Source: Gammaproteobacteria bacterium (GTDB taxonomy: Bacteria > Pseudomonadota > Gammaproteobacteria > Steroidobacterales > Rariloculaceae). Taken from it: a stretch of DNA of 64,000 bases. Each line of letters opens with the position of its first letter. The stretch's first letter is position 1. This document shows positions 9,583-19,457 of this stretch, one piece after another. The DNA is taken from NCBI GenBank assembly GCA_050485545.1, contig JBJHBP010000002.1:87857-151856 (forward strand), written 5' to 3'. A program made the position numbers and the translations under genes. The notes beneath the pieces were generated by a model. The model had not been told where the DNA came from and did not search any database. It worked only from the letters and a program-made list of their open reading frames with translations.

Positions 9583-10956
9583 TTGACCCGGCGCGTGTTC
9601 ATCCAGACCTACGGCTGTCAGATGAACGAATACGATTCGCAGAAGATGGTCGATGTGCTGCACGAAGCGTTCGGCACCGCTGGCGCCGAGCGCCCGGAGG
9701 ATGCCGACATCCTGCTGCTGAATACCTGTTCGGTGCGCGAGAAGGCGCAGGAGAAGGTGTTCTCGCTGCTCGGACGCTGGCGCAAGCTGAAGGACGAGCG
9801 TCCACACACCATCATCGGCGTGGGCGGCTGTGTGGCCAGCCAGGAAGGTGAGGCGATTCTCAGGCGCGCGCCGTTCGTCGATGTTGTATTCGGTCCGCAG
9901 ACGCTGCATCGGCTGCCCGCCATGATCGCCGAAGTGCGTCGTGGCCGCCCGGGCGTTGTCGACGTCAGTTTCCCGGAGATCGAGAAGTTCGACCGGATTC
10001 CCGAACCCGAATCGGCTTCATGCAGCGCGTTCCTGTCAGTGATGGAAGGTTGCAGCAAGTACTGCACGTTCTGTGTCGTACCTTATACCCGCGGCGAAGA
10101 GATCAGTCGGCCGTTCGATGACGTGATTGCAGAGGCCGCCAGGCTGTCGGAGCTGGGCGTGAAGGAAATCAACCTGCTCGGCCAGAACGTGAATGCGTAT
10201 CGCGGCCCGACGCATGATGGCGGCACGGCGGATCTGGCCACGCTGATCCATTACGTCGCGGCGATCGACGGCATAGAACGCATCCGGTTCACGACTTCGC
10301 ACCCGGTGGAATTCACCGACGCGCTGGCCGAGGCGTATGCGGAAGTCGACAAGCTCGCCAGCTATCTGCACCTGCCGGTGCAGTCCGGCTCGGATCGCGT
10401 GCTCGGCCTGATGAAGCGCGGTCATACCGCCGACGAGTACGTCGCGAAGATCAACAAAGTGAAGCGGGCGCGGCCCGGCATCGCGCTGTCGTCGGACTTC
10501 ATTGTCGGCTATCCGGGCGAAACGGAAGAAGACTTCGAGGCGACGCTCGAGCTGATCCGCCGGGTGGGCTTTGATCAGTCGTTCAGCTTCATCTACAGCG
10601 CGCGCCCTGGCACGCCGGCCGCCGCACTCGACGATCCGGTGCCGCGCGAGGTCAAGCAGCAGCGGCTCGAACGCCTGCAGGCGCTGGTCAACGAACAGGC
10701 GGCTGCGATCAGCCGCGGCATGGTTGGCCGCGTCGAGCGCGTGCTGGTCGAGCGCGCATCGAAGAAGTCCGCGCGCGAACTGGCCGGCCGCACGGAAAAC
10801 AATCGTTGGGTGAATTTCGCTGGAGAGCCGGCACTGATCGGACACTTCGCCGACGTGATGATCACGGAAGCGATGTCCAACAGCCTGCGTGGCCGTCTGT
10901 ACAGCGCTGCACACGGCGATCCCCACAGCAACAGGGTGCACAAGTCCGTTGCCTGA
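9583..10956 (+). CDS. miaB: tRNA-i6A37 methylthiotransferase
   Basis: [17 protein letters not shown], radical-SAM [15 protein letters not shown] and a TRAM domain. TTG start. Confidence 0.95.
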   Translation: MTRRVFIQTYGCQMNEYDSQKMVDVLHEAFGTAGAERPEDADILLLNTCSVREKAQEKVFSLLGRWRKLKDERPHTIIGVGGCVASQEGEAILRRAPFVDVVFGPQTLHRLPAMIAEVRRGRPGVVDVSFPEIEKFDRIPEPESASCSAFLSVMEGCSKYCTFCVVPYTRGEEISRPFDDVIAEAARLSELGVKEINLLGQNVNAYRGPTHDGGTADLATLIHYVAAIDGIERIRFTTSHPVEFTDALAEAYAEVDKLASYLHLPVQSGSDRVLGLMKRGHTADEYVAKINKVKRARPGIALSSDFIVGYPGETEEDFEATLELIRRVGFDQSFSFIYSARPGTPAAALDDPVPREVKQQRLERLQALVNEQAAAISRGMVGRVERVLVERASKKSARELAGRTENNRWVNFAGEPALIGHFADVMITEAMSNSLRGRLYSAAHGDPHSNRVHKSVA

Positions 10957-12022
10957 ATCCGCAGCATCACCCGTTGCCACCGCCAACCTCGTACTCGCGC
11001 CGGACGATCACCGCCGGCTTGCGAACCTGTGCGGGCAGTTCGATGAGAATCTCAGGCAGATCGAGGCGCGGCTGGGCATTGAAATCAACAACCGCGGCAA
11101 CCATTTCAGGTTGATCGGTTCAGAGGACGCGACGCGACGCGGCGCGCGAATCCTTCAGGATCTTTTCGCGCGATCGGCCGACGAGGAGCTGGACCGGGAG
11201 ATGGTGCATATGACGCTTGCTGAACACTCCATGCCGGAGGATGAGTCGCACAGTGACGGTGACGATGCCTCGAACCGGCGCCATGACAAGAGCGTCATTC
11301 ATACACGGCGTCGCGATGTGCGCGCACGTGGCGCCAACCAGCTGGCCTATACGGTTGCCATGCGCGAGGCGGACCTGAGCTTCGGCATCGGCCCGGCCGG
11401 TACCGGCAAGACCTATCTGGCGGTGGCCGCTGCAGTGGAGGCGCTCAATGCCGAAGCGGTTCGTCGCATCGTGCTGGTGCGTCCGGCAGTGGAGGCCGGC
11501 GAGCGGCTCGGCTTTCTGCCCGGCGACATGTCACAGAAGGTGGATCCCTACCTGCGGCCTATGTACGACGCGCTGTACGAAATGATCGGCTTCGACCGCG
11601 TCGGTCGCTTGATCGAGCGACACGTGATCGAAGTGGCGCCGCTGGCTTTCATGCGCGGGCGCACGCTGAACGAGTCGTTCGTCATCCTCGACGAGGCGCA
11701 GAATTCCACCGTGGAGCAGATGAAGATGTTCCTGACGCGCATCGGCTTCGGTTCGCGCGCGGTGGTCACCGGCGACATCACTCAGACCGATCTGCCCAAG
11801 GGGCGCGAGTCGGGTCTGAAGCACGCGATGCGGGTGCTCGACGGCGTGGAAGGCATACGCTTCGTGCATTTCAGTGCGCACGACGTGGTGCGCCATCCGC
11901 TGGTGCAGACCATCGTGACGGCTTACGCCCGCGCCGAGCTGCTGGAAGAACAACAGCGCGAGGCCAGGCGACAGCGAGAGGAGCAGGAGCGGCGCGTGGC
12001 CGGCCGCGACAACGATCAGTGA
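10949..12022 (+). CDS. ybeZ: PhoH-like ATPase (YbeZ)
   Basis: Walker [20 protein letters not shown], Walker [10 protein letters not shown] and [11 protein letters not shown]. The start is uncertain: the ORF opens at 10889 inside miaB, and TTG 10949 is the last in-frame start before the conserved N-terminus. Confidence 0.9.
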   Translation: MPESAASPVATANLVLAPDDHRRLANLCGQFDENLRQIEARLGIEINNRGNHFRLIGSEDATRRGARILQDLFARSADEELDREMVHMTLAEHSMPEDESHSDGDDASNRRHDKSVIHTRRRDVRARGANQLAYTVAMREADLSFGIGPAGTGKTYLAVAAAVEALNAEAVRRIVLVRPAVEAGERLGFLPGDMSQKVDPYLRPMYDALYEMIGFDRVGRLIERHVIEVAPLAFMRGRTLNESFVILDEAQNSTVEQMKMFLTRIGFGSRAVVTGDITQTDLPKGRESGLKHAMRVLDGVEGIRFVHFSAHDVVRHPLVQTIVTAYARAELLEEQQREARRQREEQERRVAGRDNDQ

Positions 12023-12032
12023 GACCGGATCC

Positions 12033-12602
12033 GTGACAATCCGCCGCAGCAGCCTGTCCGGCGAAGGCGTGAAGCAGGAATCCGCCACGAAGCCCGCACT
12101 GCGGGTGGTTGTGCAGAAGGCCTGTCGGGGCGCGGGCATCCCGGTGGCTGCGCAGATACGCGAATGGGTCGCTTTCGCGCTGTCGGGTGTGCTCACCGGT
12201 GAAGTGACGGTACGCGTCGTCGATGAAGCGGAGTCCGCGGCCTTGAACGGCGACTATCGCGGCCGGCAGGGCCCGACCAATGTGCTGTCGTTCCCGGCGG
12301 ATACGTCGTGGCCGGAACTGTCCGACCAGCCGGCCGGCGACATTGCGGTCTGCGCGCCGGTGCTGGCACGCGAGGCGGCGGAGCAGGGCAAGACGCTGGC
12401 TGAGCACTGGGCGCACATCATGATTCACGGCGCGTTGCATCTGGCCGGCTACGATCATGAGACGGCGGCCGAGGCGACGGTGATGGAGGCGCGCGAGCGG
12501 GAACTGCTTGCCGCGCTGGGGGTTGCCGATCCCTATCGGGAGCGGGCGGCGCCCGATGGTGGCACGATGGCTTGCAAGCCATCACCACGCACTGCAAGAT
12601 AA
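12033..12602 (+). CDS. ybeY: Endoribonuclease YbeY (rRNA maturation)
   Basis: Zinc motif HGALHLAGYDHE plus synteny ybeZ-ybeY-corC-lnt. Confidence 0.9.
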   Translation: MTIRRSSLSGEGVKQESATKPALRVVVQKACRGAGIPVAAQIREWVAFALSGVLTGEVTVRVVDEAESAALNGDYRGRQGPTNVLSFPADTSWPELSDQPAGDIAVCAPVLAREAAEQGKTLAEHWAHIMIHGALHLAGYDHETAAEATVMEARERELLAALGVADPYRERAAPDGGTMACKPSPRTAR

Positions 12603-12621
12603 CACTTTAGAATCTATCGAG

Positions 12622-13527
12622 ATGTCGTCTCAAAACGGTTCCAATTCCGATTCCTCGAGTACATCGAGCTGGTGGTCGCGACTTTTCCAGGGACGCGGCG
12701 ACGAAGCGCGTGAGCGTGAGGAAATCGCAGCCTTTCTCGCCGAGTGTCGTAATCGCGAGCTGATCGGCAGTGACGAGTTCGCCATGCTGCTGGGCGTGCT
12801 CGAGGTGTCCGAGACCCAGGTGCGCGACATCATGATCCCGCGTTCGCACATGGTGGTCGTCGGCCACGACGATCCCCCCGATGTCGTGCTCAAGACGATC
12901 GTCGAATCCGGTCACTCCCGTTTCCCGGTGATCAGTGGCGACCGCGATCAGGTGATCGGCATCCTGCTGGCCAAAGACCTGCTGAAGTTCTTTGCCGCAC
13001 GACTGGCCGCGCCTGAAGCGGCGAACGGCGTCGCGTTCCGCATCGAGGAACTGCTGCGTCCGGCCGCGTTCATTCCCGAGAGCAAGCGGCTCAATACGCT
13101 GCTCACCGAGTTTCGCGAAAGCCACAACCACATGGCGATCATTGTCGACGAGTACGGCGGCGTCTCCGGTCTTGCGACCATCGAGGACGTGCTTGAGCAG
13201 ATCGTCGGCGACATCGACGACGAGCACGATCCGGAAGAGGCCGAACACATTCAGAGCCAGGGTGACAACCGCTATGTGGTGGTGGGCCTCACGCGTATCG
13301 AGGACTTCAACGAATTCTTCGGGTCCGCACTGTCGGACGAGGAATACGACACCATCGGCGGATTGATCATGACCGAGCTCGGCCGCCTGCCGCGACGCGG
13401 TGAGCAGATCAACTTCGAAGGATTCCGCTTCAAAGTGCAGCGCGCCGACCGCCGCCGGGTTCATACGGTGGAGGTGGCACGCGCCGAGGTCACCGACACC
13501 GGAGTCCAGGCACAGCGGGCCGGCTGA
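12622..13527 (+). CDS. corC: CBS-domain HlyC/CorC family Mg/Co efflux-associated protein
   Basis: Tandem CBS domains plus the CorC_HlyC C-terminal domain (RYVVVGLTRIEDFNEFFG...GGLIMTELGRLPRRGE). ATG at 12622. Confidence 0.9.
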   Translation: MSSQNGSNSDSSSTSSWWSRLFQGRGDEAREREEIAAFLAECRNRELIGSDEFAMLLGVLEVSETQVRDIMIPRSHMVVVGHDDPPDVVLKTIVESGHSRFPVISGDRDQVIGILLAKDLLKFFAARLAAPEAANGVAFRIEELLRPAAFIPESKRLNTLLTEFRESHNHMAIIVDEYGGVSGLATIEDVLEQIVGDIDDEHDPEEAEHIQSQGDNRYVVVGLTRIEDFNEFFGSALSDEEYDTIGGLIMTELGRLPRRGEQINFEGFRFKVQRADRRRVHTVEVARAEVTDTGVQAQRAG

Positions 13528-13535
13528 CGGCAGCG

Positions 13536-15083
13536 GTGCGACTGCTGTTCTCATACAAGTCCCTGCTCGCCCTGGCGGCAGGAGCCCTGTTGCCGCTTTC
13601 CTTTGCGCCTTTCGGTCAGTTCTGGCTGGCACCGCTGTGCTATGCGGCGTTGTTCTGGACCTGGCGGGGCGAGACGCCGCGTGCCGCTTTCCGGATCGGC
13701 TATCTGTTCGGATTCGGCTGCTATCTGGCCGGTGTCTACTGGGTTTACGTCAGCATCTACTATTTCGGACAGACGCATATCGCGCTGGCCCTGGTGCTGA
13801 CCGTGGGTATGGTCGCGATTCTGGCGCTGTACCCGGCGGTGACAGGCTATATCGCTGCACGCTGGCTGCGAACCCAGGGGGCACTGGCCTGGCTGGTGTT
13901 GCTGCCGGCACTGTGGGTGTTCGTCGAATGGGTGCGCGGCTGGTTCCTGAGTGGCTTCGGCTGGCTGTCGGCGGGCTACAGCCAGACCGATACGTGGCTG
14001 GCCGGCTATGCGCCGGTGCTGGGCATCCATGGCGTGGGCTGGGCGGTCCTGCTTACGGCCGGTGCGCTGGTCGCGTTGCTGCACGGCCTGGTGGCGGGAT
14101 ATCGTCATAACAGAACCGCCATCGGTGCCGCCGCCGGTGCGCTGATCATGCTCTGGGGACTGGCCTGGTTGGCGGTGGACCATCGCTGGACATCGCCGCG
14201 CGGCCAGCTTGTCAGTGTCGCGCTGCTGCAGGGCGCGGTGCCCCAGGAACTCAAGTGGTTGCCGGAAGAACTCGTCGACACCATGCAGCTCTACTGGCGC
14301 ATGACCGATGCGGTGGCAGGCAGTCAGCTGGTGATATGGCCGGAGGCGGCCATACCGACCCTCTATGAATACGTGCCTGATTACCTGGAAGCCGTACGCC
14401 GTGACGCGAATGCGCAGGGCAGTGAAGTGCTTCTGGGTATACTCAAGGACAACCCGTCGGTCACAGACGCGCCGTCCGACAATTTCCAGAACGTGCTGGT
14501 TGCACTGACCCGGCCTCACCAGATCTATGCCAAGCGGCAGCTCGTGCCTTTCGGTGAGTATTTTCCGGTGCCCGGTTTCGTGCGCAACTGGATGCGGCTG
14601 ATGAGTCTGCCCTACACGGACGCGCTGCCGGGCCCGGCCTCGCCGCCGCCGATGGACATTGCCGGCGAACGCATTGCGGCCATGATCTGCTACGAAGCAC
14701 TGTTCGGTGCCCAGCAGCTGCACTATTTTCCGGATGCCACCCTGATCGTGAACGTCAGCAACGATGCGTGGTTCGGCGACTCCATCGCGCCGCATCAGCA
14801 CCTGCAGATCGCGCGCATGCGGGCCATCGAGGCCGGCCGCTACCTGCTGCGCTCCACCAACACCGGCATCACCGCGGTGATCGATCCGCTGGGGCAGGTG
14901 GTGGCGCGAATTCCGCAGTTCGATCGAGGCACGCTGCGCTATACGGTGCAGGGTTTTACCGGCGCGACGCCGTATGTTCGCTGGGGCAACTGGCCCGTCG
15001 TGCTGCTCACGCTGCTGCTGATCGCCGGATTCCCACTGTGGCCACGCCGGCAGCAACCCACCGAAACGAACAGGAGTGTGTGA
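13536..15083 (+). CDS. lnt: Apolipoprotein N-acyltransferase
   Basis: N-terminal polytopic membrane part plus a C-terminal nitrilase-like domain (VIWPEAA..., ICYEALF). Position after corC. Confidence 0.92.
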   Translation: MRLLFSYKSLLALAAGALLPLSFAPFGQFWLAPLCYAALFWTWRGETPRAAFRIGYLFGFGCYLAGVYWVYVSIYYFGQTHIALALVLTVGMVAILALYPAVTGYIAARWLRTQGALAWLVLLPALWVFVEWVRGWFLSGFGWLSAGYSQTDTWLAGYAPVLGIHGVGWAVLLTAGALVALLHGLVAGYRHNRTAIGAAAGALIMLWGLAWLAVDHRWTSPRGQLVSVALLQGAVPQELKWLPEELVDTMQLYWRMTDAVAGSQLVIWPEAAIPTLYEYVPDYLEAVRRDANAQGSEVLLGILKDNPSVTDAPSDNFQNVLVALTRPHQIYAKRQLVPFGEYFPVPGFVRNWMRLMSLPYTDALPGPASPPPMDIAGERIAAMICYEALFGAQQLHYFPDATLIVNVSNDAWFGDSIAPHQHLQIARMRAIEAGRYLLRSTNTGITAVIDPLGQVVARIPQFDRGTLRYTVQGFTGATPYVRWGNWPVVLLTLLLIAGFPLWPRRQQPTETNRSV

Positions 15084-15505
15084 TGACCGACATACAGCAT
15101 CAGGGCACGTGTCTTTGTGGGGCGGTCACGCTGAGATTCACCGGTCCCGCGGCCGCGGGTGTGTGCCACTGCACCACCTGCCGCAGGTGGTCCGGCGGAC
15201 CGATGATGGCTGTGGAGGCCTCCGGTGAGGTGGCGATAGACGGCGAGGAACATGTAGGCGTGTATGTTTCGTCCGACTGGGCCGAGCGTGGGTTCTGCAC
15301 CCGCTGCGGGACGCACCTGTTCTATCGACTGCGTTCGGGCGACCTGCACGCCGTGCCGGTTGGGCTGCTCCCGGATCGGCCGGACTGGCACTTCGAGCAG
15401 CAGATCTTCATTGATCAGAAGCCGCAGTGGTATGAGTTCGCAAACCAGACTCGCAACCTCACTGGCGAGCAGGTGTTCGCCATGTTCGCGCCGCCAGCGG
15501 ATTAG
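15083..15505 (+). CDS. GFA-family (glutathione-dependent formaldehyde-activating-like) zinc protein
   Basis: CLCGAV...CHCTTCRRWSGGP...CTRCGTHLF cysteine pattern. The ATG overlaps the lnt stop (TGATG). Confidence 0.8.
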   Translation: MTDIQHQGTCLCGAVTLRFTGPAAAGVCHCTTCRRWSGGPMMAVEASGEVAIDGEEHVGVYVSSDWAERGFCTRCGTHLFYRLRSGDLHAVPVGLLPDRPDWHFEQQIFIDQKPQWYEFANQTRNLTGEQVFAMFAPPAD

Positions 15506-15586
15506 AGCCCGGTGACAAACGTGATGCACGCGGGCTTCGCTGTGGCGCGCGCCTTCTCAAGGCGTTTCAGGTCGGCGCACTGACCG

Positions 15587-16420
15587 GTGCTGTCGTATCG
15601 TCACCTGTTTCACGCCGGCAATCACGCCGACGTCTTCAAGCACGTGCTGCTGATGCAGGTGGCACAGCTGCTTGCGCGCAAAGACAAACCGTTCGCCTAT
15701 CTGGAGTCGCACGCCGGCAGCGGCCGTTATGACCTGCGGCACGCGTGGGCACGCAAGAATCGAGAGTATGAAAATGGCGTTGCGCGCATCAGGCAGCGCA
15801 CCGATGCGCCCGCGGCACTCGCGGGCTATCTGCAGGCCGTTCGCGCGCAGAATCCGGATGGCGAACTGCGATGGTACCCGGGCTCGCCATGGCTGGTGCG
15901 GCAGCTGCTGCGGCCCGACGACCGCATGCTGCTCGCCGAGCTGAACGCGGATGACTGTGCGGCGCTGCGCACCGTATTCAAGGGCGACCGACAGGTGCGG
16001 GTGGAGCAGGTCGACGGCTACCAGCTGCTGAAGGCCTCGCTGCCGCCGCCCGAACGACGTGCCCTGATTCTGATCGATTCATCCTTCGATCGCGCCCGCG
16101 AATTCACCCGGCTGGTGGACTCGCTGCGCGAGATGCAGCGTCGCTTCGCCACCGGCGTGACGATGATCTGGTATCCGTTGATGGAGCCGTCGGCGATGCG
16201 ACGATTCGAGCGCGACATCGCGGCGCTGGGCCTGAGCCACATCGCCAAGGCACAGCTGAGCGTGCATGATGAACACATTCCGGGCAGCCTGCGCGGCAGC
16301 GGCATGCTGATCGTAAATCCGCCCTACGGACTGGACACAGCCGTACCGCCGGCGCTCGACTGGTTGTGGCAGGCCCTGTCGCCCGACGGCGGCGGCGCCT
16401 GGGAGTTCAGGGCCGGCTAA
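15587..16420 (+). CDS. rlmJ: 23S rRNA (adenine2030-N6)-methyltransferase
   Basis: MLSYRHLFHAGNHADVFKHVLL...YLESHAGSGRY...LIDSSFD...IVNPPYGL is collinear with E. coli RlmJ. GTG start. Confidence 0.9.
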   Translation: MLSYRHLFHAGNHADVFKHVLLMQVAQLLARKDKPFAYLESHAGSGRYDLRHAWARKNREYENGVARIRQRTDAPAALAGYLQAVRAQNPDGELRWYPGSPWLVRQLLRPDDRMLLAELNADDCAALRTVFKGDRQVRVEQVDGYQLLKASLPPPERRALILIDSSFDRAREFTRLVDSLREMQRRFATGVTMIWYPLMEPSAMRRFERDIAALGLSHIAKAQLSVHDEHIPGSLRGSGMLIVNPPYGLDTAVPPALDWLWQALSPDGGGAWEFRAG

Positions 16421-17781
16421 CCCGGCTGCTTCTGCTGAACGTAGATCGCCCGCTCATGGGAAAAGGCCTTGAAGCCGTAGATGCCGTGGTAGCTGCCCAT
16501 CCCGCTCTGGTTGACGCCGCCGAACGGCAACTGGTTTTCCAGATAGTGGGAAAAGAAGCCGTTGATCGTCACGCCGCCCGATGACGTTCCGCTGAGCACC
16601 TTGTCGATGTTGTTCTGATTGTTGCTGTAGACATAGAGCGCCAGCGGCTTGTCGCGGGACGAGATGAATGCCACGGCGTCGTCGATGCTGTCGTAGGTCA
16701 TGACCGGCACGATGGGCCCGAAGATCTCTTCCTGCATGATCAGCATGTCGGGCGTGACGTTGGTGAGTATTGTCGGATGGATCGTGCGGTCAGCCTCTTC
16801 CAGAATGCCGCCGACAGCGATGCGTGCGCCCTTGGCGATGGCGTCGTCGAACAGCCGCTTGACGCGGGCGAAGTTCTGATCGTTGACGATCTGGGCGATG
16901 TTTTCCTTCTTGATGCTGCCGTCGTCCGTATACAGGTTCAGCTTCACTCGGGACTGGAACGCTTCGACCAGTGCGTCCTTCTGCTGCGCCTTGATGAAGA
17001 CGTAGTCGGGAGAAATGCAGGCCTGCCCGCCATTGAACTGCTTGGCTGCAGCCAGGTCCCCGGCGACTTTCTGCAAGTCCGCATCGTCGTCAACGATGAC
17101 GGGCGACTTGCCGCCCAGCTCCAGCGTGACGGTCGCCAGATGCTTTGCCGCCGCGGCCATGACGATCTTGCCCACCCGCGTGCTGCCGGTAAAAAAGATG
17201 TGGTTGAACGGCAGTTCCAGCAACGCGGTGGCGACATCCACATCGCCTTCGAACAGCGCCACCTCGTTCTCGTCGAATGCCTCCCCGATGATTCGGGCGG
17301 CGATGCTGGCGGTAGCCGGGCACAGGTCGGTGAGCTTGACCATGCAGCAGTTTCCGGCTGCCACCGCTGCCGCGAGCGGGCCCATCACCAGGCCCAGCGG
17401 GAAATTCCACGGGCCCAGTATCAGGCACACTCCGCGCGCCTCGTAGACGATTCTCGCCTTGTCGTCCTTGTTCAGGGACGGGGTGACTTCCACCGGTTTC
17501 ATCCACTCATCGAGGTTGCTGATGTTCCTCTCGATGTTGGCGAGCACGTTCAGCAGTTCCGTCACCCGGATTTCGTTCTCGGGCTTGCGCGTGTCCTTCC
17601 TGACCGCGGCCACGATCTCGTCGCCGTGCGCTTCCACGGCCGATTTCAGCTTCCGCAGTTTTTCCTTGCGCTGTTCGGCGGTGGTCGCCTTCATCGCCCA
17701 CTGATGCGCGCGCTGCAGGGCGAAAACCCGTTCGATTTCGGTGGCTACGCTTTGATCTGGCTGTCTGGCAGGGGTGGACAC
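16417..17781 (-). CDS. NAD(P)-dependent aldehyde dehydrogenase (ALDH3 / coniferyl-aldehyde dehydrogenase-like)
   Basis: ELGGKSPVIV, catalytic FNGGQACISPDY and EEIFGPIVPV. GTG start at 17781 with GGAGGA 7 nt upstream; the 143-codon upstream extension of the ORF is non-homologous. Confidence 0.9.
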   Translation of the reverse strand: MSTPARQPDQSVATEIERVFALQRAHQWAMKATTAEQRKEKLRKLKSAVEAHGDEIVAAVRKDTRKPENEIRVTELLNVLANIERNISNLDEWMKPVEVTPSLNKDDKARIVYEARGVCLILGPWNFPLGLVMGPLAAAVAAGNCCMVKLTDLCPATASIAARIIGEAFDENEVALFEGDVDVATALLELPFNHIFFTGSTRVGKIVMAAAAKHLATVTLELGGKSPVIVDDDADLQKVAGDLAAAKQFNGGQACISPDYVFIKAQQKDALVEAFQSRVKLNLYTDDGSIKKENIAQIVNDQNFARVKRLFDDAIAKGARIAVGGILEEADRTIHPTILTNVTPDMLIMQEEIFGPIVPVMTYDSIDDAVAFISSRDKPLALYVYSNNQNNIDKVLSGTSSGGVTINGFFSHYLENQLPFGGVNQSGMGSYHGIYGFKAFSHERAIYVQQKQPG

Positions 17782-17972
17782 AACATTTCCTCCGGTGCAA
17801 TGAGCGGTACTTTCGGGAGACGGCTGAAGACCCGTGGAGCCATTGTCCGGTCCCCGGCTGCCCAAGCGCCCATCATAACGCCTGAAACCCTTGGCGTAGC
17901 CAAAGCAGACAGCGCCTATGTATGGCGAATGGTGCAATGCACACCATTTGGATTGGATTTCCAGGGCGTTCG

Positions 17973-18557
17973 CTATCGCCCGGCGCGCCCAAGCGCCGTC
18001 ATCGTCTCCAGCCACTTGCGACGGCGTGCATCGCTGGATTCCACCAGGCCGATGACGGTGCTGCGCACCGGCTTGATGCCGACGAAATTCAGGATATTGC
18101 GCTTCAGGCTCTTCAGGCTGTGGGCGCGGTACACCCAGGTGTAGAACGCCGCCGGCATGCCCATGGTGACGACAATGCGCGCCGAACGCCCTTTCAGTGC
18201 CCCGGCCCACAGGCTGCGCTTGTCATCCTTGGGGAACGCGAAGCCCGGGCGCATGACCTGTTCGAGGAATGCCTTCAACAGCGCGGGCATCGCGCCAAGC
18301 CACAGCGGGTACACGATCACCAGGTGATCGGCCCAGAGAATATCCTGCTGCGCCTGCACGATCGCCTCCGGTACCGGTCGGGTGTTCCAGTCATCGCTGC
18401 TGCGCAGCACCGGAAAATCCAGCTCGCCGATCGCTATCGTGCGCACCTGCCGGCCATTGGCCTGCGCACCTTGTGCATAGGCGTCGGCCAGCGCGTGACC
18501 GAAGTGTTCCCGGCTGGCATCCGGGTGTCCCTGAATGATGCAGATACGGTCGGCCAT
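17973..18557 (-). CDS. Flavodoxin-like-fold NAD(P)H dehydrogenase (quinone) family protein
   Basis: MADRICIIQGHPDASREHFGHALADAY...ADHLVIVYPLWLGAMPALLKAFLEQV is typical of the Flavodoxin_2 / NQO-like family. ATG at 18557. Confidence 0.8.
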   Translation of the reverse strand: MADRICIIQGHPDASREHFGHALADAYAQGAQANGRQVRTIAIGELDFPVLRSSDDWNTRPVPEAIVQAQQDILWADHLVIVYPLWLGAMPALLKAFLEQVMRPGFAFPKDDKRSLWAGALKGRSARIVVTMGMPAAFYTWVYRAHSLKSLKRNILNFVGIKPVRSTVIGLVESSDARRRKWLETMTALGRAGR

Positions 18558-18700
18558 CGCGTGTGTTCCATGGGGACGGACGCAAACCGTATCTGTCCGG
18601 CAGCGATGCCGCCATACGGACTTGCCGCAGGCGCTGTTCACGGCAGCGAATTGCGACGCAGGTCGTGGGCGATGTCCGGTCGAAGCCGGAATATCGCGCC

Positions 18701-19060
18701 ATGGAAGAACGCGAGCAATCGATTCGCACGCTGTATGCGGCACTCGCGGGCGGTGCGGCACTGTGGATCGCCACCATGGCCGCGACCGGCCGCAGCGAAG
18801 CGTGGGACTCGCCATGGTACTGGGACGTCACCTACCCGCTGTGTCTTGCGTTGGCCGCGCTGCTGGGATACCTCACGCCGCTGCGACCATGGCGCTGGGG
18901 ATTCGCCGTAGTCATGGTTCAGTTGCCGGTGGTGATGTTCACCAGCGGCAACTCGTGGAATCTGTTGCCGATCGGCATTGCGGTGTTTCTGGTCATCTCG
19001 TTGCCGGCAATTGCCGCAGCGATGGTCGCGGCGCGACTGCGTCGCTGGAGGGATGGGTGA
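18701..19060 (+). CDS. Small integral membrane protein (about 4 TM), unknown function
   Basis: 119 aa with hydrophobic helices (GAALWIATMAA, YPLCLALAALLGYL, FAVVMVQLPVVMF, LLPIGIAVFLVISLPAIAAAMV). The stop overlaps the next start. Confidence 0.5.
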   Translation: MEEREQSIRTLYAALAGGAALWIATMAATGRSEAWDSPWYWDVTYPLCLALAALLGYLTPLRPWRWGFAVVMVQLPVVMFTSGNSWNLLPIGIAVFLVISLPAIAAAMVAARLRRWRDG

Positions 19061-19311
19061 TGGCGCTGTTTCAGGGCCTGTTCTTCTGCGTGATTGGCAT
19101 CGGACTGCTGGCGGTGACGTATCAAAGCCTGGGTCGCGGCTGGCTGCCCTGCGGCCCGAACGGCTTTCGTGGCCGCATCGAAGTGCAGCGGCGCACCCAG
19201 CCGGTCGCCTACTGGGGGCTGCTCGCCGCCTATACGCTGTTCGCACTGTGGGTGCTGCGGTACGGCGTGGGCATCCTGTTCGGCACGGTGGAGCCGCTGC
19301 CGCTGTCGTAG
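19060..19311 (+). CDS. Small integral membrane protein (2 TM), unknown function
   Basis: 83 aa (MALFQGLFFCVIGIGLLAVTY...YWGLLAAYTLFALWVL). TGATG overlap with the preceding ORF. Confidence 0.45.
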   Translation: MALFQGLFFCVIGIGLLAVTYQSLGRGWLPCGPNGFRGRIEVQRRTQPVAYWGLLAAYTLFALWVLRYGVGILFGTVEPLPLS

Positions 19312-19402
19312 CGTCGACGGAATCAAGGCACCGGGACAGGGTGTCCCGCTTGCTCGCTACTCTCGTCAGTTCCCGCCGTCCGCTCACCTTCCCGTAATTG
19401 GG

Positions 19403-19408
19403 TAGAAT
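19403..19408 (+). promoter_or_regulatory. Candidate -10 box TAGAAT upstream of the triple SnoaL gene
   Basis: GGTAGAATGGCC lies 50 nt upstream of the ATG at 19458. No convincing -35 element. Confidence 0.25.
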
Positions 19409-19457
19409 GGCCCCAGACTTGGCCGGTACACGGTCTCATTGCTCCGGGGGCGACATC

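Noticed and set aside
12601-12621. TAGAAT hexamer 9 nt before the corC start
   Set aside because: It is too close to the start codon to serve as a -10 box for corC, and it lies within the ybeY 3' end. It is probably only an AT-rich inter-cistronic patch.
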